DNA of 38,572 bases, from the UHGV virus genome UHGV-0071757, one strand, 5' to 3'. Numbering within the stretch: the stretch's first letter is position 1; the number at the start of each line of letters is the position of its first letter. Made by a program: the position numbers and the translations under genes. Positions 21,017 through 29,665 of this stretch are shown here, one piece after another. The notes under the pieces are model-generated. The model did no database searches and had not been told where the DNA came from. It saw only the letters and a list, made by a program, of their open reading frames with translations. Source of the DNA: a virus.

Positions 21017-21062
21017 ATTCGTAATGCGAAGGTCGTAGGTTCGACTCCTATTATCGGCACCA
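21017..21062 (+). other. att site: 3' 46 nt of a tRNA-Thr(CGU) (thrW-type) gene, partial, not a functional tRNA
   Basis: attcgtaatgcgaaggtcgtaggttcgactcctattatcggcacca has anticodon loop CGT, T-arm and acceptor 3' strand plus CCA. The 5' acceptor strand needed for a complete tRNA is absent upstream. Confidence 0.8.
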
Positions 21063-21567
21063 TTCTAATGTCTCCCCAAGTCTACTCAAGTATTTAAAAA
21101 CCTCTTATAATCCGCATGTTAGCGCCCCTTTTAGTCTTTTGACGTCTACTTAAGTACCCCAAAATCTACAGTCAATTGGGGGTACTTTTGGGGGTATTTG
21201 CTGTTCGGTTTAGTGGAGGTACCCCCAAGTGAAACTCAATGCCCGTCAAATAGACACTGCCAAGCCAAAAGAGAAGGCTTACAAGCTGGCTGATGGTGGT
21301 GGTCTGTATCTCCTGGTAAAACCTAGTGGAGGAAAATATTGGCGCTTCAAGTATCGTGTAGCTGGTAAAGAGAAGCTGTTAGCACTAGGTGTGTATCCTG
21401 AAGTTACCTTGGCTGATGCTCGTGCAAAACGTGAAGAAGCTAAAAGGGGTATCGCTGGGGGTATCGATCCGATGGAAGCGAAACGAGAGGAAAAGATTGC
21501 CCGGGAAACGCAGTTAAACAACACCTTCAAAGATATTGCCCTTGAGTGGCACAGCAGCAAATTAAAA
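21047..21567 (+). repeat. direct repeat copy A (att core + int promoter + first ~112 codons of int)
   Basis: About 90% identical by eye to 38013-38519. Contains GGGGGTACTTTTGGGGGTAT-type motifs. Confidence 0.85.
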
Positions 21568-22443
21568 AAATGGTCTGCTGGTTATGCTTCAGACATCCTC
21601 GAAGCCTTCAACAAAGATGTGTTCCCTTACATTGGCAAAAAACCAATCGCCGAAATCAAACCACTTGAACTGCTGAATGTGCTGCGGCGCATCGAGGGGC
21701 GCGGTGCTACCGAAAAAGCCAAAAAAGTGAGGCAGCGATGCGGGGAAGTTTTCCGCTATGCAATTGTCACTGGACGTGCTGAGTATAACCCTGCACCGGA
21801 TCTCACCAGCGCGATGCAAGGTCATGAATCTAATCATTATCCTTTCCTCACAGCCAAAGAATTACCTGATTTTTTCAAGGCATTGTCCAGTTACTCAGGA
21901 AGTGCATTGGTTGTTATGGCGGCTCGTCTACTGATTATCACCGGTTTGCGGACTGGCGAACTGCGCGGTGCATTATGGGATGAAATCGATCTCAACAAGG
22001 CTATCTGGGAGATACCTGCTTCACGGATGAAAATGCGTCGCCCTCATGTGGTGCCTTTGTCTAAGCAGGCTCTTTCGCTTATTGGGCAGATTAAAGAATT
22101 AACTGGCAATTATCCGCTTATGTTTCCCGGCCGTAATGATCCAAGGAAAACAATGAGCGAGGCTAGCATAAACCAAGTATTTAAACGCATCGGCTATAAC
22201 GGAAAGGTTACTGGTCATGGATTCCGGCACACCATGAGCACCATTTTGCATGAGCAGGGCTATAACACCGCGTGGATAGAGACACAGCTTGCACACGTCG
22301 ATAAAAACTCAATTCGTGGCACATACAACCATGCGCAATATCTGGATGGTCGCCGGGAGATGCTCCAGTGGTATGCCGACTATATGGATTCGCTCGAGCA
22401 TGGCGGTAACGTGGTGCATGGCAAGTTCGGAAAATGTGGATGA
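21229..22443 (+). CDS. int: P4-family tyrosine integrase
   Basis: 404 aa, GTG start. N-terminal arm-binding-type domain (GGGLYLLVKPSGGKYWRFKYR) and C-terminal catalytic residues (HGFRHT ... RGTYNHAQY). Directly downstream of the tRNA fragment. Confidence 0.9.
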   Translation: MKLNARQIDTAKPKEKAYKLADGGGLYLLVKPSGGKYWRFKYRVAGKEKLLALGVYPEVTLADARAKREEAKRGIAGGIDPMEAKREEKIARETQLNNTFKDIALEWHSSKLKKWSAGYASDILEAFNKDVFPYIGKKPIAEIKPLELLNVLRRIEGRGATEKAKKVRQRCGEVFRYAIVTGRAEYNPAPDLTSAMQGHESNHYPFLTAKELPDFFKALSSYSGSALVVMAARLLIITGLRTGELRGALWDEIDLNKAIWEIPASRMKMRRPHVVPLSKQALSLIGQIKELTGNYPLMFPGRNDPRKTMSEASINQVFKRIGYNGKVTGHGFRHTMSTILHEQGYNTAWIETQLAHVDKNSIRGTYNHAQYLDGRREMLQWYADYMDSLEHGGNVVHGKFGKCG

Positions 22444-22565
22444 CTGGTTGCGTATACAGTAGTAGACTTTGAGCGACGAAAGAAAAGGCTGTGTCTAGGG
22501 TCGCTCCCGAAAATCCGTACACCTCGACGGACTGGTACAGCCACTACAGTAGAGGACGCTGAGGT

Positions 22566-23369
22566 GTGCGTATGATTGATATTCATGCCGAATTAAACGA
22601 ATACAAAAAAGATTTTATTTCTTTACGTGAATTTCTTGAGGTCGTGCTTAAGGTCGCTGGTGATGATTATGATGTTTCAGATGTCATAACTTGGATACTC
22701 AGGAGAATAAGCGGAGAACATATCCGCCTGTACACAGTAAATGAATTTAAGCTGTTGGAATCTTTTTGTAACCCGTATCGGGATGAATTTGATTATGATG
22801 TTCTTTATAGAAATCTGAATGCGGTTCGGAAACGTGGTTGTTTACCTGGTGAGAGGGATGAAAATGGTTTTCTGGTGTCCGGTTATTGGGAAGATCCCGA
22901 ATTTGAGAACATTGGATTTATAAGGGGTGAAATTTTCGCAATTTTTCCCGATGTCCTTGACGCGTTAACGAAGCTGGAAGGCGCTAACTCTTCTGAAAAT
23001 GACGAGGCACAAGGACGCGATATTGAAAAGAAAGAGTTGCGTACAGAGGATGATTTATTATCCCAAATCGCAATGCTGGAAAAAGAAAACGCAGAGTTAA
23101 GGGCAAGGATAGAGCAGTTAGAGCAAGAGCGCCCGATACACTTATATAAATACTGGGATAAAGACCCATTAGCTAAGGCTATTGAGATTAGAAACAGAGA
23201 GTGGGCCAATTACGATCCAGAAAATGATTTTGCCACCAGGGGAAATCAAGAAGCGATAACCAGGGAGCTTAAGCAGTGGGGGGCAAGTAATGCACTTGCA
23301 ACGCTCATAGAGAGGACTGCCTGCCCTATTAACCGAGACAACAGCCAAAAGAACGCAAAGCCGGATTAA
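22566..23369 (+). CDS. hypothetical protein with coiled-coil segment
   Basis: 267-aa ORF (ATG at 22572 is better placed after GAGGTG). Coiled-coil LLSQIAMLEKENAELRARIEQLEQE. No recognisable catalytic motif. Confidence 0.55.
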   Translation: MRMIDIHAELNEYKKDFISLREFLEVVLKVAGDDYDVSDVITWILRRISGEHIRLYTVNEFKLLESFCNPYRDEFDYDVLYRNLNAVRKRGCLPGERDENGFLVSGYWEDPEFENIGFIRGEIFAIFPDVLDALTKLEGANSSENDEAQGRDIEKKELRTEDDLLSQIAMLEKENAELRARIEQLEQERPIHLYKYWDKDPLAKAIEIRNREWANYDPENDFATRGNQEAITRELKQWGASNALATLIERTACPINRDNSQKNAKPD

Positions 23370-23383
23370 CGCACCATACCGCA

Positions 23384-23530
23384 TACCCTGAGGGTGATTT
23401 ACTGTTACCCTGAGGGTATTTTTTTATCTTCCCCGTCAATTTTACCATCACCCTTAGGGTAGATTTCCTCCCGATTACCATCACCCTTAGGGTTAATTTC
23501 CTTCCGGTAACCATTAGGCCTGAGGGTATG
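23384..23530. repeat. five copies of ACCCT(G/T)AGGGT-type motif upstream of alpA
   Basis: Copies at about 23384, 23406, 23450, 23483 and 23517 in the intergenic region. Likely protein-binding sites. Confidence 0.6.
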
Positions 23531-23596
23531 AAAATATTCGTTATTTCTGTGCCAGGATTACCTCGTCAAATTGAGTAGACGTTATGAGGTAAATAT

Positions 23597-23794
23597 ATGT
23601 CAAATACGCTTATTCGTTTAACAGAAGTTCAGCGTAGAACTGGATATAGCAAGGCATGGATTTATCGCCTTATGGGGCAAGGTAAATTTCCTGCATCAGT
23701 TAAAATTGGCTCGCGAGCTATTGCTTTCGTTGAGAGTGAAATTGACGAGTGGATTAATCAGCGTATTGCGGAATCACGCGGAACAGCTACCTGA
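23597..23794 (+). CDS. alpA: AlpA-family transcriptional regulator (excisionase-like HTH)
   Basis: 65 aa. LTEVQRRTGYSKAWIYRLMGQGKFPASVKIGSRAIAFVESEIDEWI is the AlpA/Vis-type signature. SD GAGGT upstream. Confidence 0.8.
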   Translation: MSNTLIRLTEVQRRTGYSKAWIYRLMGQGKFPASVKIGSRAIAFVESEIDEWINQRIAESRGTAT

Positions 23795-23871
23795 TTAAAT
23801 GGCTACGGGGCTATTGCCCCCAGCTATCCACCAGCAAATAAAAGTAACTTAATTCGATAGCAGGAGTTTTT

Positions 23872-24672
23872 ATGAAATTTCCAAAAACGCCCGTACAGGG
23901 GCGGGGCTTCGTTCGGCCTGAAAACCAGAATCTGCAAAATTTCGGCGAAATTATCCCGATTATTTCCGGCGTTATTGGCGGGAGTGAAACCACTATTGTT
24001 AGCGCCAGAGCGTTACATAAGGCGTTAGGTGTAGGGCGCGTTTTCCGTTCGTGGATCAAGGGGCGCATTGAAGAATACGGGTTCACGGAAGGCGTGGATT
24101 ATGAGGTTGTTGAATATTTGAGCCGACCCGATCCGGTGAGCGCAAAATCTCGCCAGCAAACCGCTCTTGAGTACATCATCACAGTGAACATGGCGAAAGA
24201 ACTGGCGATGGTCGAACGTACCGAACAGGGCCGCGCCGTTCGCCAGTACTTTATCAAATGCGAGGAGGAGCTACACAAGGTAGCGCCAGTGCGTTCCGCA
24301 GCGTTACGCCGGGAACTGAAAGCCCGTATCTCCGTTGCCAGCTACTTTAAGCCGATGTGTGCCGCGCTGGAGGCGTACCGGGCTGAACTGGGTAAAAACA
24401 CACTCCAGCACCACTACACCACGGAAGCCAATATGCTGGCGCGTATCGTGCTGGGTGGCATGACTGCAAAACAGTGGACGCAGGCGAACGGCATCACAGG
24501 CGAACCACGCGACCACATGAGCACGTTGCAGCTTGAGCACCTTTCTTACCTTGAGCAGAGCAATATCACGCTGATTGAGTTAGGCCTGGACTACCACCAG
24601 CGGAAAGCTGAATTAATTCGTCTTTCGCAGCGTTGGTTAGCCCGTCGCATGGAGGAAAACAGCCATGTGTAA
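23872..24672 (+). CDS. AntA-like antirepressor-domain protein
   Basis: 266 aa. Motif ARALHKALGVGRVFRSWIKGRIEEYGFTEGVDYEV resembles the AntA/AntB N-terminal domain as I recall it. Confidence 0.55.
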   Translation: MKFPKTPVQGRGFVRPENQNLQNFGEIIPIISGVIGGSETTIVSARALHKALGVGRVFRSWIKGRIEEYGFTEGVDYEVVEYLSRPDPVSAKSRQQTALEYIITVNMAKELAMVERTEQGRAVRQYFIKCEEELHKVAPVRSAALRRELKARISVASYFKPMCAALEAYRAELGKNTLQHHYTTEANMLARIVLGGMTAKQWTQANGITGEPRDHMSTLQLEHLSYLEQSNITLIELGLDYHQRKAELIRLSQRWLARRMEENSHV

Positions 24673-25344
24673 CGCTCTGACCGTTACAAAAAGAGAAAGC
24701 GCCCCGTTGCCGGAGCGCCTTTGTGAACGAATAGCCTACTGCGCCATATTGCTTACTGTCTACGAGGCAGATTATAGCGTTGTGGTCGCACAGAGTGAAG
24801 GCGCTGATCACCGTTACTACAGCACGCCAGAAATGCAGAATATTTTGCTGCAAAATGTCGTTGGTCACGCTGTCCGGAAAGCAAAAAATTTTGCTGGTGG
24901 CGCGACTGATGCGATTTTGTCAGGTCGCAAGGTGATGATCAATCTGATGTCTAATTTCGTTCTGGATAAAACAAAGGCGACCGCAGAGGGCCACCAGTGG
25001 GAAAGCTACACACTTGAACACATCGCCAACAATGCCAGATTTGCGGCTGGTGGGCAATGTGATCAGTGTGTTGGCTTGCTGGTGGGCTATTCCTGCTCTT
25101 TAACATTGCCATGCCGCGATGTTTTCCAGGTATGCGACCCCATTTTTGTGCGCCTGTACTCTTTAAGGAATTTCTCAAGGATAAACGCACAGGGCGCGAA
25201 TCTGTCTGACTCATATTCGTACGTTATCTTTCTGCGCTGTCTTTTCCGTGCCGGTGATGGTGTATTGGTCGATTCTTTGTTGGTCATTCTGTGTACCTGT
25301 AAAGCAATGCGCCGGAGTTCCTCACACCACGGCGATGATAGTTA

Positions 25345-25650
25345 TTATTCTGATTCTTTGGCCTTGCGGCGCTGGAGTTCTTCACGTGCGACGGTGACGA
25401 GCTGCCCGATCTCCTCGACAGCTTTGACTCCGATTTTTTCCACCTGCGCCAGTGCATTGAGCGAAGAAACCAGGGGATTTTCTCCGCTTCCTTCTGCCTG
25501 GCGGCGGGCGATCTCACCACGCATGGCGGTTACTATGAATCCGGCGTTGCTTTCGCCGTCCAGTTTTACGGATTCCATGCCTTCAAAAGCATCATGTGGG
25601 ATACGAATTGAAATCTGTTTTGATTTGTCGTTGATAGTGTTTTTTGCCAT
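25345..25650 (-). CDS. putative ribbon-helix-helix transcriptional repressor
   Basis: Start taken at the ATG with SD TAGGAGA 7 nt upstream (MAKNTINDKSKQISIRIPHDAFEGMESVKL...). Beta-strand/helix pattern typical of RHH, helical C-terminus. Divergent from the downstream operon. Confidence 0.6.
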   Translation of the reverse strand: MAKNTINDKSKQISIRIPHDAFEGMESVKLDGESNAGFIVTAMRGEIARRQAEGSGENPLVSSLNALAQVEKIGVKAVEEIGQLVTVAREELQRRKAKESE

Positions 25651-25672
25651 GTGCATTCTCCTAAACAAAAGA

Positions 25673-25748
25673 TGTGATTCAGTATACACAAAAAAGAATC
25701 ACAAAAAATACTTGACCTGTGATTCAGTTAAATTTAATTTAAATCACA
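25673..25748. promoter_or_regulatory. two palindromic operators (TGTGATTCAG-N-GAATCACA) in a divergent promoter region
   Basis: O1 25673-25702 and O2 25719-25748, with a TTGACC -35-like hexamer between them. Located between the RHH gene and the 25838 operon. Confidence 0.55.
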
Positions 25749-25837
25749 CCTCAGTAAGAGGATATAAACGACAACGCCCCGAACTGTTTGCGGCAGTAGC
25801 GGGGCGTCTAACCAAACCGTTAAATGAGGTAACGATT

Positions 25838-26203
25838 ATGGCTGGGGCACAGCATACCCAAACTCACCCTAAATTTATATACACCTTCTTGGCGGTGCAC
25901 CGTGATTGCATGGCTGACGGTAAAAACACTGTTCATGTAGCCGCCGATACGCTGGTTGATGCCTGCGAGATGCTCAATGACATGGGCTATATCTCGGCAA
26001 CATGGAAAGGGCGCGAAGAAAACACGTTGTTTATTCAGAAATGCGAAAACAATTTTATCTGGCGTTTTATCGCCCTGAGTACGGCACAACCGCGCGTGAT
26101 TCACATCGAGGCCACCAGCGAACAGGAAGCACGCCAGCAATCTCCTGATGGCTGCGTGATGGTATTCGCTGCCCGTATTCGCCAGGAGGTGGAGCATGTG
26201 TAA
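25838..26203 (+). CDS. hypothetical protein (first gene of replication/regulatory operon)
   Basis: ATG 25838 with GAGG SD 8 nt upstream, 121 aa. It is the in-frame 3' part of the 512-aa ORF in the track. Confidence 0.55.
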   Translation: MAGAQHTQTHPKFIYTFLAVHRDCMADGKNTVHVAADTLVDACEMLNDMGYISATWKGREENTLFIQKCENNFIWRFIALSTAQPRVIHIEATSEQEARQQSPDGCVMVFAARIRQEVEHV

Positions 26204-26420
26204 TGCAACATGGCCTGATGCAGCGGTAGACGCTATCAAAACGCTGATGGATTCACTTATTGAGATTTCTGCTATCGCTGGTGTGGCGCATAAACACGCA
26301 GCCAGAGAATCAGAATGCATCTCCCATTATTTAGCATTTGTGCAGCTGAAAGCCGATCAGGCACTGGATAAGGCCGGAAAAATTATCATGGCTGATGTAC
26401 AGGAGGTGCACCATGCATAA
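26196..26420 (+). CDS. hypothetical small protein
   Basis: 74 aa. Start overlaps the upstream stop (ATGTGTAA). Confidence 0.45.
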   Translation: MCNATWPDAAVDAIKTLMDSLIEISAIAGVAHKHAARESECISHYLAFVQLKADQALDKAGKIIMADVQEVHHA

Positions 26421-26778
26421 CCTGTCAATTTCTGACCTTAACAGCATTCAGTTTGACGAGATATTTTCCGGGCAGCTACTGGTCAACGTGGAGAATGGAC
26501 GCGTGGTAAGTAATTATCACCTGCCGGATGGTGCAATTGCCGGAAGCGTTGAAGCATTGCTGGAACTGGCGGAACGTGCGCGACTGATTAAGCCGTCAAC
26601 GTGCCATCACGATGATGATCTGCATTTTACCGGGTGTATGGTGAGTCACTACGAAAACGGCGTTGAAGTATCCTGCGAACGTCTGCGTGATGATTGCTGT
26701 TTCGGCACACTGCCGGAATTTATCGAATTGCTGACCAGTTGCGGTTATCAGGTCATTCAGGGGGGTAAACATGCGTGA
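26413..26778 (+). CDS. hypothetical protein
   Basis: ATG 26413 with AGGAGG 7 nt upstream. Overlaps the previous stop (ATGCATAA). Confidence 0.55.
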   Translation: MHNLSISDLNSIQFDEIFSGQLLVNVENGRVVSNYHLPDGAIAGSVEALLELAERARLIKPSTCHHDDDLHFTGCMVSHYENGVEVSCERLRDDCCFGTLPEFIELLTSCGYQVIQGGKHA

Positions 26779-27004
26779 TGATCGTTTTAATTCCCTGAAA
26801 CAGGAGTTTGATGGCGCACCGGAAGATACATCGGGCGCATTGTTGAGCATTGCTGACATGATGAAAGCTGCATATTTTCTTATCAATACCATTGGCTACA
26901 AGTCAGAGGGTGAAATGATTCTTAGTATTGCGTCGGACTATGCTGAATATGTGGCAGAGACGCGTTACAGAAGAAAATCTCTGGAGGATGTAAGCCATGC
27001 ATAA
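26771..27004 (+). CDS. hypothetical small protein
   Basis: 77 aa. Start overlaps the upstream stop, suggesting translational coupling. Confidence 0.5.
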   Translation: MRDDRFNSLKQEFDGAPEDTSGALLSIADMMKAAYFLINTIGYKSEGEMILSIASDYAEYVAETRYRRKSLEDVSHA

Positions 27005-27197
27005 TCATGAAGCGCATGTACCCGTAGTGCTTAATGTGCCAGATGATTTCACCGGACGCGTGCTGGTTTACCTTGATAAAGAAAAAGTGAAATCACAATG
27101 CCGACTGAAAAGTAATGAGATTGTGGGTTCTCCTGAATTTTTTTCTGAACTCTGTATTCGTGCAGAAATAAAACCGGAACTGCTGACAGGAAAATAA
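26997..27197 (+). CDS. hypothetical small protein
   Basis: 66 aa. Start overlaps the upstream stop (ATGCATAA). Confidence 0.45.
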   Translation: MHNHEAHVPVVLNVPDDFTGRVLVYLDKEKVKSQCRLKSNEIVGSPEFFSELCIRAEIKPELLTGK

Positions 27198-27201
27198 AAC
27201 C

Positions 27202-27492
27202 ATGAAAAGGAAAAATTCTGGCTTTACTGCCAGCGGTCTCTCTCGGCCTGAAATCAGACACGGAGATATTTACCGCGACACCAGACGTGGGGGACGAGTG
27301 GTTATTCGTCACGTTACGCCAGGCAATATCACCTACCGCCGTGAGGCTTACGAATATGACTGCGTAATGCCGCGCCGTCAGTTTGAGCGTGATTTTATTC
27401 TGGTGGAAAACAAACAACAGGCAGTGGCGAGACGTGCAGCCACGAATATTAAAAAAATCCGGGCAATGTTGGTTGCGGGAGGTAAGAAGTGA
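27202..27492 (+). CDS. small basic protein, possibly DUF4222-like
   Basis: 96 aa. RGGRVVIRHVTPGNITYRREAYEYDCVMPRRQFERDFILV resembles small proteins found upstream of primases in P4-like islands (recall, low confidence). Confidence 0.5.
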   Translation: MKRKNSGFTASGLSRPEIRHGDIYRDTRRGGRVVIRHVTPGNITYRREAYEYDCVMPRRQFERDFILVENKQQAVARRAATNIKKIRAMLVAGGKK

Positions 27493-29294
27493 AAAACGCA
27501 CCGAATTTAAAATATCAGCCGAAGGATAAATTCACCGAGGTAATCATTTTTGCCGGGACGGATGCTTACGCCCATGCTCAACACTGGATTGAAAGCGAAG
27601 GACGAAAACACGGCGATAACGTGCCTCCTGTTTACCTGGGGCCAAAGCAACTGGCAGACCTGGCGAATATCCGCATTGTCGACGATGAACGCCGCTTTGC
27701 GCGTGTCTATCTCGCGGGGGAGATAGAGCCAATCCAGATCAATGCTATTGCTGAAAAGCTGGCGCTGGCTGGTGTACAGGACGCGAAATTATACAAAGGT
27801 ATCACCGACCGGGAGCCGGAAAACTGGCGCGACTACCTGCAACGGATCCGCGAACAGGCAGAGAGTGGGGAAGTTTCAGCGATGAAATTAGCCACAAAAA
27901 ATATTGACCTATCCAGGCCAGCACTAAATCAGATGGGAGCCAGCCAGAGAGGGGAAGTGTTACTTGAATATTATGGAAGAGCACTGGCTATAAATGATGA
28001 TTCTGATGTAGTTCACCATTACAACGGAATTGTCTGGGTGCCTGTATCTGATAAGGAACTCCAGCGGTCTATGGCGAAGATTTTTATTGATGCTGGAATC
28101 AGTTATTCGCAAAACGCCATTAAATTTGCCGTAGACACAATGAAATTGAGCCTGCCTGTTATGGGCGGGGCAGACAGGAATCTTATTGGATTCAGTAACG
28201 GGGTATTTGATACCCGGACGGGAAATTTTCGGGAGCATAACAAAAATGACTGGTTGTTAAATGCCAGTGAATTACCGTTCAGCCCACCAGCAGAGGGGGA
28301 AACGCTGGCAACACATGCGCCGAATTTCTGGAAGTGGCTGCGTCGTTCGGTGGCAGATAATGATCGTAAAGCTGATCGCGTACTGGCGGCATTATTCATG
28401 GTGCTGGCGAACCGGTACGACTGGCAGTTATTCCTTGAGGTAACAGGCCCAGGCGGAAGCGGTAAAAGTGTGATGGCTGAGATTTGTACCATGCTGGCGG
28501 GTAAGGCCAACACAGTATCGGCAAGCATGAAGGCTCTGGAAGACGCAAGGGAACGCGCGTTAGTAGTTGGCTTTTCGCTGATTATCATGCCGGATATGAC
28601 TCGCTACGCTGGCGATGGTGCAGGAATTAAGGCAATTACTGGCGGCGACAAGGTGGCAATTGATCCGAAACATAAAGCCCCCTACTCCACACGTATTCCG
28701 GCAGTAGTGCTTGCGGTAAACAATAACGCCATGTCATTCAGTGACCGAAGCGGGGGGATCTCGCGTCGTAGGGTGATATTTAATTTCTCTGAGGTCGTAC
28801 CGGAGAACGAACGCGATCCCATGCTGGCGGAAAAGATAGAAGGCGAACTGGCGGTAGTGATTCGCCATTTGCTAACACGATTTACCGACCAGGACGAAGC
28901 TAAAAGACTACTTTATGAGCAGCAAAAATCAGAAGAAGCGCTGTTGATAAAGCGCGAAGGTGATTCACTGGTGGACTTTTGCGGCTATCTGATGTCGTTG
29001 GTTAAATGTGAAGGAATGATGGTGGGCAATGCGGAAATAGTGCCATTTAGCCCGAGGCGATACCTGTATCATGCTTATTTAGCCTATATGTCAGCGCATG
29101 GCCTGGGAAAACCAGTATCACTGACACGCTTTGGTACTGATATGCCAGGAGCTATGGCGGAATACGGAAAGGAGTATAAGCGGGCTAAATGCACTAAAGG
29201 CCCGGATAAAGGGCGAGTGATAACAAATGTTCTGTTAGATGATGATGCTGATGGCTGGTTGCCAGCAGCTACAGGGATTAACGACAGAACATAA
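27489..29294 (+). CDS. primase/helicase-like replication protein (D5-N/P4-alpha C-terminal type, P-loop NTPase)
   Basis: 601 aa. Walker A TGPGGSGKS preceded by a region resembling D5_N/primase C-terminal domains. Followed immediately by the iteron array. Confidence 0.75.
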   Translation: MKNAPNLKYQPKDKFTEVIIFAGTDAYAHAQHWIESEGRKHGDNVPPVYLGPKQLADLANIRIVDDERRFARVYLAGEIEPIQINAIAEKLALAGVQDAKLYKGITDREPENWRDYLQRIREQAESGEVSAMKLATKNIDLSRPALNQMGASQRGEVLLEYYGRALAINDDSDVVHHYNGIVWVPVSDKELQRSMAKIFIDAGISYSQNAIKFAVDTMKLSLPVMGGADRNLIGFSNGVFDTRTGNFREHNKNDWLLNASELPFSPPAEGETLATHAPNFWKWLRRSVADNDRKADRVLAALFMVLANRYDWQLFLEVTGPGGSGKSVMAEICTMLAGKANTVSASMKALEDARERALVVGFSLIIMPDMTRYAGDGAGIKAITGGDKVAIDPKHKAPYSTRIPAVVLAVNNNAMSFSDRSGGISRRRVIFNFSEVVPENERDPMLAEKIEGELAVVIRHLLTRFTDQDEAKRLLYEQQKSEEALLIKREGDSLVDFCGYLMSLVKCEGMMVGNAEIVPFSPRRYLYHAYLAYMSAHGLGKPVSLTRFGTDMPGAMAEYGKEYKRAKCTKGPDKGRVITNVLLDDDADGWLPAATGINDRT

Positions 29295-29319
29295 TACGAA
29301 ATTTATAAGCTGAAACGTA

Positions 29320-29660
29320 AAGGTAGACGGTTGGTAGACAGATTCACTTAACCCTCTACCAACCATCTACCAATTAATATTTTGAATTATAAAGATATTT
29401 TCAATGTGGTAGAGAGGTAGACAGTTATTTCTATATTCCTAAACCACGGGGGGTATATAAAAAACAGATAGTTAAGGGGGCATTTTTTAAATTTCTCTTT
29501 TAACTGTCTACACTGTCTACCATTTAGTAAAAATCATTAATTATCAATGTATTAATGCGGTAGACCGTTGGTAGACAGTTTGCAGATTGTTTTTTTGTTA
29601 TGTGTTAATAACATTAAATAAATCAATCAATTATATCGGTAGACAGTTGGTAGACAGTTG
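29320..29660. repeat. putative island replication origin: ~12 GGTAGAC(N)G iterons in both orientations with AT-rich spacers
   Basis: Copies at about 29322, 29333, 29354(rc), 29364(rc), 29408, 29416, 29505(rc), 29514(rc), 29558, 29568, 29637 and 29648. AT-rich stretches lie between clusters. Confidence 0.6.
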
Positions 29661-29665
29661 TAACG

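Noticed and set aside
21017-21062. Intact tRNA-Thr gene
   Set aside because: Only the 3' 46 nt are tRNA-like. The sequence upstream (ggtgctacag...) cannot pair with the 3' acceptor strand, so this is an att-site fragment.
24665-26203. 512-aa ORF treated as one gene
   Set aside because: Its middle is antisense to a well-supported RHH gene and translates the operator/promoter region. Only the 25838-26203 part has its own SD. The status of 24665-25345 is left open (see findings).
28103-28588. 161-aa minus-strand ORF inside the primase/helicase gene
   Set aside because: Antisense of the Walker A region. Ser/Ala-rich translation and no SD.
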